Assembly (NCBI GenBank): GCA_963799775.1
Contig: CAWCYD010000003.1
Location: forward strand, 480,001-544,000
Length of the DNA: 64,000 nucleotides
Direction: 5' to 3'
DNA from: an uncultured archaeon
GTDB lineage: Archaea > Thermoproteota > Nitrososphaeria > Nitrososphaerales > Gagatemarchaeaceae
In this document: in pieces, positions 48,150 to 59,146 of the stretch
How positions within the stretch are numbered: position 1 is the stretch's first letter
Layout: each line of letters begins with the position of its first letter
Notes under the pieces: generated by a model
Seen by the model: the letters and a program-made list of their open reading frames with translations, nothing else
The model's database searches: none
What the model was told of the DNA's origin: nothing
Made by a program: the position numbers and the translations under genes

Positions 48150-49606
48150 CTATGCGCCCTCCGCCAGCTCCGGGCTCGTGAGGCCCTGTTCCCTTCCGAA
48201 GAGACGGGCGGCATCAAGGAGAGCGTCTCCCTGAAGTGGGGGGCCATGAGCTGCATGCCCACGGGGAGTCCGTCGACCAGACCGCAGGGGACGCTGATTG
48301 CGGGCATTCCTGTGAGGTTCGCGGCGACAGTGTTGATGTCGATGAGGTAGTCTTCCAGCGGCGTGACCTTCTCCCCCAACTTGGGAGGCAGGACCGGCAT
48401 GGTCGGCCCGACCAGCAGGTCGAACCTCTTGAAGGCCTTCGCGAACTCCTTCGCAAGCATGGCCCTGACCTTCTGGGCTCTCACGTAGTATGCCTCGTAG
48501 TATCCAGCAGAAAGGACGAACGTTCCTAGCAGTATCCTCCTCTTGACCTCCTCGCCGAAGCCCTCGCTCCTTGTCTTCGCGAAAGCCGCGTTCCAGTCCG
48601 CGGTCCCTGTGTCAACAGAGAGGCCGTACCTTACGCCGTCGTATCGCGAGAGGTTAGAGCTGGCCTCTGCCATGGCGATGATGTAGTAGACCGCGAGCGA
48701 GTAAGGAAGGGAAGGGATCGATGTCTCCTCGACGACGGCGCCGAGACCTTCGAGCTTGTCGCAGCCGTCCAGCACCCTTCGCTTTACCGCCTCTTGCGCT
48801 CCCTCTCCGAAGAACTCCGCCACCTTGCCGACCTTGAGGCCCTTGATGCTGCCGGCGCCTGTCCGCCTCACAGCCGCTCGCGCGGAGGTCGCATCAGATG
48901 GGTCGTGCCCTGCCACGGTCTCGAACAGCAGCGACACGCTCTCTGCGTCAGGCCCAAGCTGGCCAATCTGCTCGAGGCTGTTGGCGTACGGGATCAACCC
49001 GTACCTGCTCACGCGCCCATATGTCGGCTTGAGCCCGACGACCGAACAGAAGCTTGCAGGGCACCGCACCGAGCCTCCCGTATCTGACCCGAGGGCAACG
49101 GAGGCCATCCCCGCCGCCACGGCCGCCGCGCTCCCGCCTGAGGAGCCTCCGGGCACCCGCCGCGCGTCCCAAGGGTTGAGCGTCGGGCCATACGCAGAGC
49201 TCTGGTTCGTGTTCCCCATCGCGAACTCGTCCATGTTGGCCTTTCCGATCACTATCCCGTCTTCTTTCTCTATCCTGTCGACGACGGTCGCGCTGTATGG
49301 CGGGACGAATCCGCTCAGGATCTTCGAAGCGCACGTCGCCTGCAGCGACCTGACGCAGATGTTGTCCTTGACGGCGATCCCGAGCCCTGCGAGCCTCCCT
49401 ATCTTCTCGCCTTTCTTCACCCGACGGTCGATCTCCCTGGCCTTGAAGACCGCGCCTTCCCGGTCCAGCTGGAGGTAGGCGTGGATCTTGGCATCGAATC
49501 TCTCTATCCTGTCTAGCATCGAACCGATGTGCTCCTCGGCCGATATCTCGCCCCTGCCGACCATAGTGGGTATCAGGTGAGTGGCGGACGATGCCCGACG
49601 CTTCAA
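48150..49606 (-). CDS. gatA: Asp/Glu-tRNA amidotransferase subunit A (frameshift near 3' end)
   Basis: [40 protein letters not shown]. Confidence 0.95.
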
Positions 49607-49609
49607 CCG

Positions 49610-49933
49610 TCAGAACACCCTCGGCGCCTTGACGTATCTTCCCTTTTTTTGTGGGACGCCTTTCAATATGGCTTCAGGCTCAGACGGCATGACGACGTCC
49701 TGCCGAAGGCTTCCTCCTTCTTCCGCTGCCTCCGAGCTGATCTTTGAGACATCGATCTTGTCCAAGGTCGCGAAGTACTCGAGTATAGAGGAGAGCTCGC
49801 GTTGCAACCTGCCCTCTTCTTGGGACGTGAGCGAGAGCCGTGAGAGGTTCGCCATCCGCTCTACTTCATGCAGGTCGACTGTTGGGGCCTTCGCGGGCTT
49901 TGGTCTGCGGGTCAAGTCTTCATTTTGGGTCAC
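49610..49933 (-). CDS. gatC: Asp/Glu-tRNA amidotransferase subunit C
   Basis: MANLSRLSL, ILEYF, LRQD, YVKAPRV. Confidence 0.9.
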   Translation of the reverse strand: MTQNEDLTRRPKPAKAPTVDLHEVERMANLSRLSLTSQEEGRLQRELSSILEYFATLDKIDVSKISSEAAEEGGSLRQDVVMPSEPEAILKGVPQKKGRYVKAPRVF

Positions 49934-50257
49934 GTTTTCGACACCGATAAATGATTTACGCGGCCTGCAGTCAGACAAAGAGAGCAAACCCTAGGGCCAA
50001 ATATTACGTGCTGCAGACTTCCTGGGCATCGGGTCTTGGCTAGAGCACTCGATTCCTGGGGCGCCGACTAGGAATGAGTCCCCCCTCCGTCTCTGGCTCC
50101 ACTCGTCGAGCAGTCAACCCAATTCTCGAAATACTTGAATCGAAGTCCGAGGGACTATGGCACGAGACGCAGTTTTTCACCCATTTTTGGGTGATAAATA
50201 GGTCATTTTCCGCAGGTTTGTGGCTCTGACTTGAAATCGGCTGTGGGTGTTCCAGCC

Positions 50258-50593
50258 TTAGAGTATCCCAATATCTACAGAATCCTTTGCTTCGTTCACC
50301 GCTATGGCTAGCCTCGAAAGTGGTTCGTCTCCGGTTGCAGCCAGAAGACCAATGGCTCTGATTTCCCACAGGATTTTGCTGAATACCAATGCGCTACCTA
50401 GCCCAAACAATTCTCGAATGGCGAGGCAGAATCTCTCGGGCTCGTTTGGGACCAGCTGGTCCAGAGGGGTTCCAGTCTTCGTTTCAAGGAAGTATGCGGT
50501 CGACTGAGCTACGTCCTCCCCTAGAAAACCCAGTCCGCGCTTGACACAGGAAAGAGCCAAGTTCGTTCGGGATGACTCCTTTTGGATTTCCAT
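50258..50593 (-). CDS. Hypothetical protein (small helical Nitrososphaerota-type domain)
   Basis: LGE...YFLE...PERF..AIRELFG.GS pattern. Confidence 0.55.
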   Translation of the reverse strand: MEIQKESSRTNLALSCVKRGLGFLGEDVAQSTAYFLETKTGTPLDQLVPNEPERFCLAIRELFGLGSALVFSKILWEIRAIGLLAATGDEPLSRLAIAVNEAKDSVDIGIL

Positions 50594-50931
50594 AAATACG
50601 GCAAGTGAAGTCCGCCGTGTGGAATAAGGGTTATGAAGTTGCAAACCCACGCAGGAGGTCATTTCCTGTGCACGTTAGATTTGACTTCCCCGCACATTCG
50701 ATGTTTCGTCCTTTGGACAGGAAAGCTTTGAGCCGGATGGGTGACAGGTGAAATGGAATTGGTGGGAAGGCTGGGCTCACTTGCAGACGGCGCAGTAGAC
50801 CTTCTGGAATCGGAGGATATCGGTCCACTCGTCTTCAAAGTCCAGGTAAAGATTCCTTCACCGTTGCCGATCAAGACATGGCCAAGTGTCCAACTGCCAA
50901 TCCGCTGGACGCGACTGCGCCTCGCTTGGAA

Positions 50932-52238
50932 TCAGGGCACGAGACGCAGCTTGTCCCTGGGGAAGAGCGTGACCTCCCTTATGTTCTCCTCGCCGGCAAG
51001 CACCATGGTTAGCCTCTCCATGCCTAGCCCGAACCCGGCGTGGGGCGGCATGCCGTAGTCGAATACCTTCAGGTGGTGCTCGAAGGCCTGGGGCTTTAGC
51101 TTCTGCTCCTTTAGTCTCTTCACGAGGAGGCTCTTCGAGCTTACCCTCGACCCGCCGGACGCGAGTTCGAGCGATCCAAACATCAGGTCAAAGGCCTCGC
51201 TGAGCTTCGGCTCGTCTTCCTTGGGCTTGATGTAGAAGGGCTTCGTCTGCGTGGGCCAGTCTGTGATGAAGTAGAACGAAGGGTGGTCCTTGCCAAGCCT
51301 TTCGATGGCCTTCCCGGTGAGTTGCCCTCGCCCCAGGTGATGTCCTCTCCCACCGCCTGCAGATGCTTGACCACCTCCGTGTACGCAAGGCGTTCGAACC
51401 TCTTGGGGACGTCTTGAAGCGGGTGCCCTATCTTCTCGAGGTCACCTTGGCACTTCTCCTTCACCGACGCGAGGACGTGCTTCAAGAGCGCCTCGAGGGT
51501 GTCCATCACGTCGTTGTAGTCGACGAAGGCCTCCTCGATGTCTATTGACGTGATCTCGCTCAGGTGCCTCTGCGTCCTGGACTCCTCTGCCCTGAACGCC
51601 GGGCCTATCTCGTAGACCTTCTCGAAGGGGAGCACGAGCTCCTCCTTGTAGAGCTGGGGGCTCTGCGCTAGGAACGAAGGACGGTTGTAGTAGAGCACGG
51701 AGAAGAGCGATGCCCCGCCCTCGGTTGCAGTCGAGATGAGCTTGGGGGCCTCACCTCCAGGTACCCCCTCCCGGAAAGGAACTCCCTGACCGACGAGAGA
51801 ATCGCTCGCTGGATCTTGAAAGTCGCCTGGGCACGCTCCCTCCTGAGGTCGACGGCCCTGATGTCGAGCCGCTTGTCAAGAGAGGGCGTCTCGCCGCCAT
51901 AGACGCTGAAAGAGGGTGCCTGGGCGGCTATGCTGATGGACCCTGACCTCTTCGGGTACGACCTCGGCGCCGTTCGGCGCTTTGGCCATGGCCTTGACCA
52001 CGCCCTTCACCGCCAGGCTGCTGTGGGGCTTCAGAGCCTCAACCCTGTCGAGCGTCGCCTTGCTGGCCTTGCCCTTGTTGACCGTGACCTGGACGTTGCC
52101 GTCCCTGTCTGTGAGCATGATGAAAGTGATTCCGCCTTGGGTCCTGATGCTGCTGACCCAGCCGAAAACGGTGACCTCCTTCCCGTCAAGGTCCGGGGTG
52201 ATCTGGATGGAGTAGTGAGTCCTCCTCCACGTCCCCAT
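50932..52238 (-). CDS. aspS: Aspartyl-tRNA synthetase, probably non-discriminating (several frameshifts)
   Basis: RTHYS OB fold, LAQSPQLYK, FRAE, GMPPHAGFGLG.ER, FPRD; upstream of gatCAB. Confidence 0.93.
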
Positions 52239-52322
52239 TCCCTCTTCGATCTTTGTGAACCCCGACTCCTCCCGTTGACCGACCGCGACCGCCAAATCCT
52301 ATAAAACTCTTCGAGCGGCTCT

Positions 52323-53360
52323 AGGTGTGTCGAATAACTAATCGTTTGGTCAAGGTTCCCTCGCTCAGGTGGATGAGAGGAGAGGGAATCCTCTCATGAT
52401 GGCGTGGTCACGAAGAAGAAGCGCAACTGGAAGGAGTACAACGAGTCGCTGGTGAGGAGGGGAGAGCTCCTCTTCGATACCGATTTTTTATCTGGATGGA
52501 GCGCAGAACTAGGGAAGCTCAACGAGGAGAAGGAAGGAGCGAGATATCGCTATCCAGACTCGTTAATGAGTATGCTCGCAGCCATCCACGTCTACCTGCT
52601 CCCGTACCGGGAGCTGGAGGGGTTCCTCAGGATGTTCGCGGGACACGTGGAAGGGCTCAAGGTCCCAGACTACACCACGATGTGGTGGCGGATATCGCGA
52701 GTAAAGATAGAGCTGGACCCGAACGTAGACCCAGACGAAGACGTCACCATAGCGGTTGACTCGACCGGGATCAAGGTCTCCAACCGAGGGGAGTGGATAA
52801 GGCAGATGTGGGCGGTGAAGCGAGGCTTCATCAAGGTCCACCTGGCCGTGGACGTCAAGACCGGGAAGATACTCTCGATGGAGGTGACGAAGGACGACGT
52901 GCACGACAGGAGGATGCTCGTCCCTCTGGTGGAGGGAGCGTCGTCGAAGGCGAGCGTCACGAGGGCGATAGCGGACGGGGCGTATGACTCGAGGGAGATA
53001 TTCAGCTACCTGGACTCGAAAGGGATAGAGCCCGTGGTCAAGGTGCGAAAGGACGCCTCTGTGCACTCTCTCGGGTGCATGCCCAGGAAGCTCGTCGTGA
53101 TGGAGCAGCTGAGGGACAGGGAGCGGTGGAAGAGGAGGCACGGGTACGGTCAGCGGGCGAGGGTCGAGTCGGCGATATCCTCGTTCAAGCGTACGTTCGG
53201 GGAGCACATAACCTCGGTGAAGTGGGAGAACATGGTGAACGAGCTCCTGCTGAAGGCACAGGTCTACAACCTGTTCGTCGGGATCTCGAACCCCTAGACG
53301 AGAGGCGGGCGGAGTAGCGATGCGCGAAAGTAGCCGATCGTGAAGTTATTCGACACACCT
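52323..53360 (+). mobile_element. IS5-family insertion sequence, intact
   Basis: Perfect 17-bp TIR AGGTGTGTCGAATAACT; 8-bp TSD GCGGCTCT at 52315-52322 and 53361-53368. Confidence 0.95.
52404..53297 (+). CDS. IS5-family transposase
   Basis: NWKEYNESLVRRG, VDSTGIK, ADGAYD, YGQRARVESAIS. Confidence 0.95.
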   Translation: MVTKKKRNWKEYNESLVRRGELLFDTDFLSGWSAELGKLNEEKEGARYRYPDSLMSMLAAIHVYLLPYRELEGFLRMFAGHVEGLKVPDYTTMWWRISRVKIELDPNVDPDEDVTIAVDSTGIKVSNRGEWIRQMWAVKRGFIKVHLAVDVKTGKILSMEVTKDDVHDRRMLVPLVEGASSKASVTRAIADGAYDSREIFSYLDSKGIEPVVKVRKDASVHSLGCMPRKLVVMEQLRDRERWKRRHGYGQRARVESAISSFKRTFGEHITSVKWENMVNELLLKAQVYNLFVGISNP

Positions 53361-53410
53361 GCGGCTCTGAAACCCTTAAGAGGGCCCTGGGCCGTTTTCT
53401 GCCGAAAAGG

Positions 53411-54451
53411 ATGGGTTTTCACTCTCTTCCCGGGGATGGCGAGGAGTCCTTCCATTCAGGGAAGCTCTCAGACTCCTTTGGTAGGGTCGCAAGGAAGCTG
53501 AGGATCTCAGTGACGGACAGGTGCAACTTCCGGTGTGATTTCTGCATGCCTGAGAAGCCCGTCTGGCTCGAGCATTCCGAGGTGCTCACCTTCGAAGAGA
53601 TCACCCGCATAACGACCATACTGGCCTCGATGGGGGTCGACAGAGTCCGAGTGAGCGGAGGCGAGCCGCTCGTGAGAAAGGAGGTCGAGCGCCTAGTAGG
53701 GATGCTTTCTCAGATACCTGGGATCAGGAGCGTCGCGATGACGACAAACGGCTCGCTCTTGAAAGACAAGGCCGCTGCCCTGAAAGAAAACGGGCTGAAG
53801 GGGGTCACGATAAGCCTGCACAGCCTGAGGCCTGAGCTCTACGACCAGATCACGGGGACGAAGGACATGTTCTGGAAGGTCATGGATGGGATGGAGGAGG
53901 CGGAGAAGGTGGGGCTCATGCCCATCAAGATCAACTGCGTCGTCACGCGGGGATGCAACGAGGCGGAAATCCTGGACTTTGCGAAGATGGCACATGACGG
54001 CAACCGGACGGTGAGGTTCATAGAATACATGCCGTTCGATGGGACCAAGTTCTGGGACACTAGCTTGGTCGTCCCCGGGAGCGAGATAGTCGATACGATC
54101 TCTCGAACCTATCCTCTCGAGCCGATCCAGAGCGAGCACGGGTCTACCTCGAGCAACTACCTCTTCAAGGACGGGTCAAAGGGAGAGATAGGGACTATCA
54201 CTTCGATGACCAAGCCCTTCTGCGGCGATTGCGACCGCATCAGGCTCAAGGCGAACGGCAACCTCGTCCCTTGCCTCTTCAGCGTCGCCGAGTATGACCT
54301 GAAGCATCTGGTTAGGGGCGGAGCAAGCGACGAAGAGGTGGAGAACTCCATACGGAAGGCGTTTTGGCAGAAGTTCGAGGGCGTGGCGAGCCTCATGGAG
54401 AACAAGGTGGAGGTCAGGCACATCCGTCCGATGTACACCATAGGGGGCTGA
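53411..54451 (+). CDS. moaA: GTP 3',8-cyclase (radical SAM)
   Basis: CNFRCDFC, SGGEP, RFIEYMP, FCGDCDRIR, terminal IGG. Confidence 0.96.
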   Translation: MGFHSLPGDGEESFHSGKLSDSFGRVARKLRISVTDRCNFRCDFCMPEKPVWLEHSEVLTFEEITRITTILASMGVDRVRVSGGEPLVRKEVERLVGMLSQIPGIRSVAMTTNGSLLKDKAAALKENGLKGVTISLHSLRPELYDQITGTKDMFWKVMDGMEEAEKVGLMPIKINCVVTRGCNEAEILDFAKMAHDGNRTVRFIEYMPFDGTKFWDTSLVVPGSEIVDTISRTYPLEPIQSEHGSTSSNYLFKDGSKGEIGTITSMTKPFCGDCDRIRLKANGNLVPCLFSVAEYDLKHLVRGGASDEEVENSIRKAFWQKFEGVASLMENKVEVRHIRPMYTIGG

Positions 54452-54460
54452 GCGTGGCGC

Positions 54461-54712
54461 GTGGGCATCCGGGTCAGAGTGCTCTATTTCGGAAGCGCCC
54501 GCGATGCCGCAGGGACGAGAGAGGAGGAGGTGACCCTGTCCAAGGGCGCCACCGTCGGGTCGCTCGTGAGCCAGTCGACCGAGTCGCACGCCGAACTGGA
54601 GAGGCTCTGCGAAGGAATGCGTTTCTCCGTCAACGAGGAGATCGCGAGCAGGGACCAGGGGCTCCACGAGGGCGATGTCGTCGCGTTCCTCCCACCGGTC
54701 GCCGGAGGATGA
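54461..54712 (+). CDS. moaD: MoaD/ThiS sulfur carrier
   Basis: GDVVAFLPPVAGG. Confidence 0.93.
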   Translation: MGIRVRVLYFGSARDAAGTREEEVTLSKGATVGSLVSQSTESHAELERLCEGMRFSVNEEIASRDQGLHEGDVVAFLPPVAGG

Positions 54713-55207
54713 GCCGGCACGCCTGACCTCCCGAGGCTGACGAGGGAGAGGATAGAGCCTTCGAGCATCCTCCGCGCCGTCGAAGAACCTGGAGCCGGGG
54801 CGGTCGTCCTGTTTCTGGGGACGGTGAGAGACAACGACGACGGAAAGGAGGTGGAGGGCATCGAATACGAGGCCTACGGTCCCATGGCAGAGAAGCGGCT
54901 GGAGGCGACAGAGCGGGAGGTGAAGCGTCGATGGCCAGCCACTAAAGGCGTGAGGATACTCCACAGGCTTGGAGGCCTCGAGGTCGGCGATGTGAGCGTG
55001 GCGGTCGCGGTCTCCTCGCCTCACAGGACCGAGGCGTTCGAGGCCTGCAGATACGTCATCGAGACGATCAAGCACGACGTGCCAATATGGAAGAAGGAGA
55101 AGATGGCCGACGGGTCCGCGGCCTGGGTTGAAGGGAACCCGTTGCGCCCGGGTCTTGGCGGAGCGAGGAAACGGAGCGCTGGAACGAAGCGCGCGAAATC
55201 TAAATAA
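54709..55207 (+). CDS. moaE: Molybdopterin synthase catalytic subunit (start frameshifted)
   Basis: GAVVLFLGTVR, YEAY, HRLG, SPHR, PIWKKE. Confidence 0.92.
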
Positions 55208-55223
55208 CGGCTCGAGTTTTGAT

Positions 55224-55502
55224 GTGGACACCTTGGTCGTCTGTCCCACGTGCGGCAAGGATAACAGTCAGGCTGACGCGACCTATTGCATGTATTGCGG
55301 CTCTAGCCTTCGACAGGGGGGCCAATCGACGCCGTTCACACCAATGACAGCGCTGGGAACTCAGGGGATGGGGATGTCCACTTCTGGCGTGATGCCGACC
55401 GTCAACTCTGAGAGATATCAGAGAGCCCTGGCGAGAGTCGAGCAGATGGGCTATGCCGTACTGGGCCTTTCCATCCTTGTCCTGATACTTCTCTTCGTTT
55501 GA
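55224..55502 (+). CDS. Zn-ribbon membrane protein
   Basis: CPTCG...YCMYCG, C-terminal TM. Confidence 0.7.
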   Translation: MDTLVVCPTCGKDNSQADATYCMYCGSSLRQGGQSTPFTPMTALGTQGMGMSTSGVMPTVNSERYQRALARVEQMGYAVLGLSILVLILLFV

Positions 55503-55506
55503 ACCA

Positions 55507-55644
55507 ATGGAGAGCAAGATGGCGATGATCGACGGGGAAGAAGCAGCGGTCAAGAGGCTGGAGCGGTTGAGGCTCGTCCTCATGGGCTCCGCGGTGGTCC
55601 TGGTCGTCCTCGTCATCCTCCTCGCGATCGCCGACTTCGGATGA
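55507..55644 (+). CDS. Small membrane protein
   Basis: 45-aa ORF MESKMAMIDGEE...LVLMGSAVVLVVLVILLAIADFG. Confidence 0.5.
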   Translation: MESKMAMIDGEEAAVKRLERLRLVLMGSAVVLVVLVILLAIADFG

Positions 55645-55701
55645 AGCCCTTGGTCTGACGAATCCCCGGGCCGCATAGAGATTTAGACTGGAGGGTCTCG
55701 A

Positions 55702-56982
55702 TTGGCGCGCGAGTTGAGAGACAAGCGCGAATACACCTACCTGGTGGAGGCGGTCGAGAGGCTCACCCAAGTGGTCGGGACGAGGTCGAAGCCTGAGAGA
55801 GTAGACGTCAGAGCTGCCTTTGGGAGAGTCCTCTCTGCGGACGTAAGGGCTCCCTACGACTCACCGCCAAGAGACGTCTCTCATTTCGACGGGTTCGCGG
55901 TCAGGTCAGAAGACACCGCAAATGCGACGGAGACGCTCCCAGCAAGACTGAGGCCCCGAAGGACACTGGTGATCGAAGACACGGCACGCGCGCTCTCAGG
56001 AAGGGCGAAGCCGCCAAGGTGGTGACGGGCGGCGCTTTGCCGAGTGGAGCCGATGCGGTCGTGGCGCTCGAGGACGTCTCTTCCGGCGACGGCGAGATCG
56101 AGGTGCCCTCGACAAGTAAGGGCCGGAGAGCATGTCTTCCCACAAGGCGCCGATGTGAGGCGGCGAGAAGTCGTCTTGCCAGCGGGCAGGACTTTGATGG
56201 CTCAAGACCTTGTGCTTCTGGCTTCTCTTCACATCGGGAAAGTTTCTGTCTGGAAACGACCGCGCGTCTCGATAATTCCAACAGGTTCGGAGCTCACCGA
56301 CAGGATAACGGATGCCAGCAGCGGCAAGATTGCCGAGTCGCACAGCCTGCTCCTCGAGCGACTGGTCGAGGAGGCGGGGGGAAGGACGGAGACGTTCCCT
56401 ATCGTGCCGGACGAGGAGAAAGCGCTCTCTTCAGCGCTGAGGAAAGCGGCCCGTGACACCGACATAGTCTTCACCTTGGCTGGATCTTCTGTCGGCGCCC
56501 CCGACCTCGTCGACCCGGTGATCCGCGGCTTCGGCAAGTCCACTTCCCTTCTCATCCATGGTCTGAAGGTGAACCGGGGGCGGGTCATGGGGCTTGCTGT
56601 AGTCTACGACACACCCGTCGTCATCATGCCTGGCCCGATTCAAGGCGCGTTGAACGCTTTCATCGTGCTCGGGTACCCCCTCATCCGTCATCACCTGGGC
56701 ATGGGCTGGGAGGAACCCCCATGGGTGCCCGCGACCATGGAAGAAGAGTGGCTGGCTTCTGGCAAGTTCAGGGACTTCGACCAGGTGGTGTACTTGACAT
56801 TGAGCAAAGACCCCCACCGGCCCGGTCGGCTGGCGGCGTCTGCGTCAGGCGCCGAGACGGAGAAAGTCAGCTTCTTGGTCTCGAAAAACTCCTACACGAT
56901 CGTCACAGGAAGCGACCCGCGCTTGTCAAAGGGCAGCGTGGTGAAGGCCCACATTCTTCCGGGCTTCTCAAGACTGGAGTAG
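55702..56982 (+). CDS. moeA: Molybdopterin molybdotransferase (frameshifts)
   Basis: GRVLSADV, SHFDGFAV, TGG.LP.GADAVV, TGSEL, GSSVG. Confidence 0.9.
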
Positions 56983-57597
56983 CCGTCGGGCCGAGGCGAG
57001 CTCCTCAGGCGTGTCGACGTCTGATACCGTCCTCGCTTCCCGAATCTTGACTAGCACGAGCTTCGTTACGTGTCGTTGGATCACCGATCTTGCTCCCTCG
57101 TCGCCGCCTAGCGCTTCCAGCTCTCGGAAATACCGCCGTGCGAAGACAACCGGCGGGGAGATGACCCCTCCTGAGGAGACTGCGACTATGCGGTCTGAAC
57201 GACCTTCTTTCTCAAAGGCCTTGAGCAGCCTCGTGAGAAGAGACCGGGTGATGAAGGGCTGGTCGACAAGCAGCAGCAAGGCTCCTGAAGAGTCGCTGGG
57301 GAGGGCGCGGACCCCTGCTCTGATGGAGGTCCCGACGCCCTTTCGATAGTCCTGGTTCACCACCATGCGGACGGGGTACCTGTCGCCCAATGTCTTCGCG
57401 ATCGCGTCCGCCTCGTGACCTATCACGACCACCACGTCTTGGACCCTGCGCGAGGGTATCGCCTTGAGAGTCCTCTCGACCATTGTCAAGCCTCCTATCT
57501 TCGCAATCTGCTTTGTCTTGCCAAAGCGGGAGGACGTGCCGGCGGCCAGCACGACGACTGAAGGCGCCCTGGACACGGTCCTATGCTCCCTCTTCAT
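56968..57597 (-). CDS. MocA/MobA-like nucleotidyltransferase
   Basis: VLAAGTSSRFG..K, LVDQP, GDEGAR, DVDTPE. Confidence 0.85.
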   Translation of the reverse strand: MKREHRTVSRAPSVVVLAAGTSSRFGKTKQIAKIGGLTMVERTLKAIPSRRVQDVVVVIGHEADAIAKTLGDRYPVRMVVNQDYRKGVGTSIRAGVRALPSDSSGALLLLVDQPFITRSLLTRLLKAFEKEGRSDRIVAVSSGGVISPPVVFARRYFRELEALGGDEGARSVIQRHVTKLVLVKIREARTVSDVDTPEELASARRLLQS

Positions 57598-57675
57598 TCG
57601 GAGACCGCTGGAATGGGAGGAATAGCCCTGGCAAGGTCGACTGGACATTCGCCCCCCTCTCCAGTGCGGCGGCAT

Positions 57676-58899
57676 GGGCGCTTATATGGACAATTCAACC
57701 CATAATGCGTGAAGACCGTCAAAGGAGTCAAGTTCGCGTACCAGCCAACTCCGCAGACTCATCAACTTCTTACCGTCTTCAGAGATATGGTCAACGATGC
57801 TATTCGGGTCTGCCTAACAGACAAGATCAAAGGTAGGTTGAGGCTCAGGGACAGGATCTACAAGGAATTCCAAGAGAAGTACGGGGTCTTGTCCTGCTTT
57901 CCGTACTCCGTTGCGGAAATCGCATGGTCCATCGTGAAGAAGCACAGGCGCTGGCATGGAAGACCGTACGCGAAGCGATTGATGCTCAAGATGGATGCCG
58001 CGAGCTATTCGCTCAACTACTCGATACTTTCACTGCCTTTCAAGAGAGGCGAGGGGCGGACCCTCATCCCGTTGCGATACGGCGAATACCAGCGCTCGTT
58101 CCTGATGGACAAGAGTCTGAAGCGGGGCTCGGTCACGGTGACAGGGTCATCTATTGTAATCGCCTTCTCCAACGAGACGCCACAGGTAGAGCCTTCCCGG
58201 AAGGTCGGTTACGACCTCAACGAGAAGTCGGTCATCGGGAGTGACGGGCGACTTCGTATGATATCTCCGAGGTTGCCAGGTTGCACACGCTCTACGGGGT
58301 CAGGCGGTCCCGGTTCTATGAGAGACATCCCGATGACACGCGTCTCAAGAGGAAGTTCGCATCCTCTAGAAGAGAGAAAGAGAGGGTAAGTCAAGAGCTG
58401 CACAGGGTCTCGACGCTGATAGTCGAGAAGGCCAGGGCGAACAATCAGGCCATAGTGCTCGAGAGACTCAAAGGGATAAGGTATGCGCACAAGAAGGGGA
58501 ACGGAGAAGGAAAGGCCACGAGGCGCAGGATCGCTCTCTGGCCTTTCAGACAACTGCAATCATATATCGACTATAAGGCCCGATGGGCTGGAGTACCCAT
58601 CGAGTACGTCTCCGCGGCCTACACGTCAAAGACGTGCCACGTCTGCGGGAACATCAACAGGCAACTCAAGCTGACCGATAGGAGCTGGCTATGCCCTCAT
58701 TGTGGTGCCAAGCTCGAACGCGACCCGAACTCCTCGATCAACATCGAGCCTCGCGGCAAGATACGATGTCTGGGTGAGGCTCGCCCAGGAGCGCGAGGCA
58801 TTGATGAAGCGATGAAGGGGAACGAGACGACGACGGCTCCAATCCTCCGAGCAGAAGCCTCGAAGCTAGGTCTAGAAGTCCGGTAGACCTGACAGAGCC
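57676..58899 (+). mobile_element. TnpB-only (IS1341-like) element 2
   Basis: GCAT|GGGCGCTTAT left end, GACAGAGCC right end. Confidence 0.75.
57709..58886 (+). CDS. tnpB: RNA-guided endonuclease TnpB (frameshift ~58250)
   Basis: VGYDLN, VLERLKGI, TSKTCHVCG...CPHCG..ERDPN. Confidence 0.9.
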
Positions 58900-58948
58900 G
58901 GAGGAATAATATATCTCTCAGTTAGGGGCAACAAAAAGCGAAATAGAA

Positions 58949-59146
58949 ATGCCACTCCAAGTGCGGTCGAAGGACAAGGCTGAAGAGCTCATCGACAAGG
59001 CGTCGGAGATCAGGGTAGTGAAGGGCAAGGGGGACAGCGTGAAGCTAAAGTTCAGGACTCCCGACGCGCTCTACACCTACGTCACGACGGCTGCTGAAGC
59101 AGCAGCCATGACAAAGGGCCTGAAGACCCCGATCATCGACTTCTAG
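58949..59146 (+). CDS. rpl38e: 50S ribosomal protein L38e
   Basis: MP.QV...VKLKFRT...LYT pattern; 65 aa. Confidence 0.7.
   Translation: MPLQVRSKDKAEELIDKASEIRVVKGKGDSVKLKFRTPDALYTYVTTAAEAAAMTKGLKTPIIDF

Noticed and set aside
49990-50930. Lower-GC gap after aspS checked for a displaced aspS 3' end
   Set aside because: No copy of the FPRDKLRLVP* tail found.
54709-54740. moaE in frame directly after the moaD TGA (readthrough or MoaX-like fusion)
   Set aside because: An ATGA overlap plus one extra base explains it, given the error rate.
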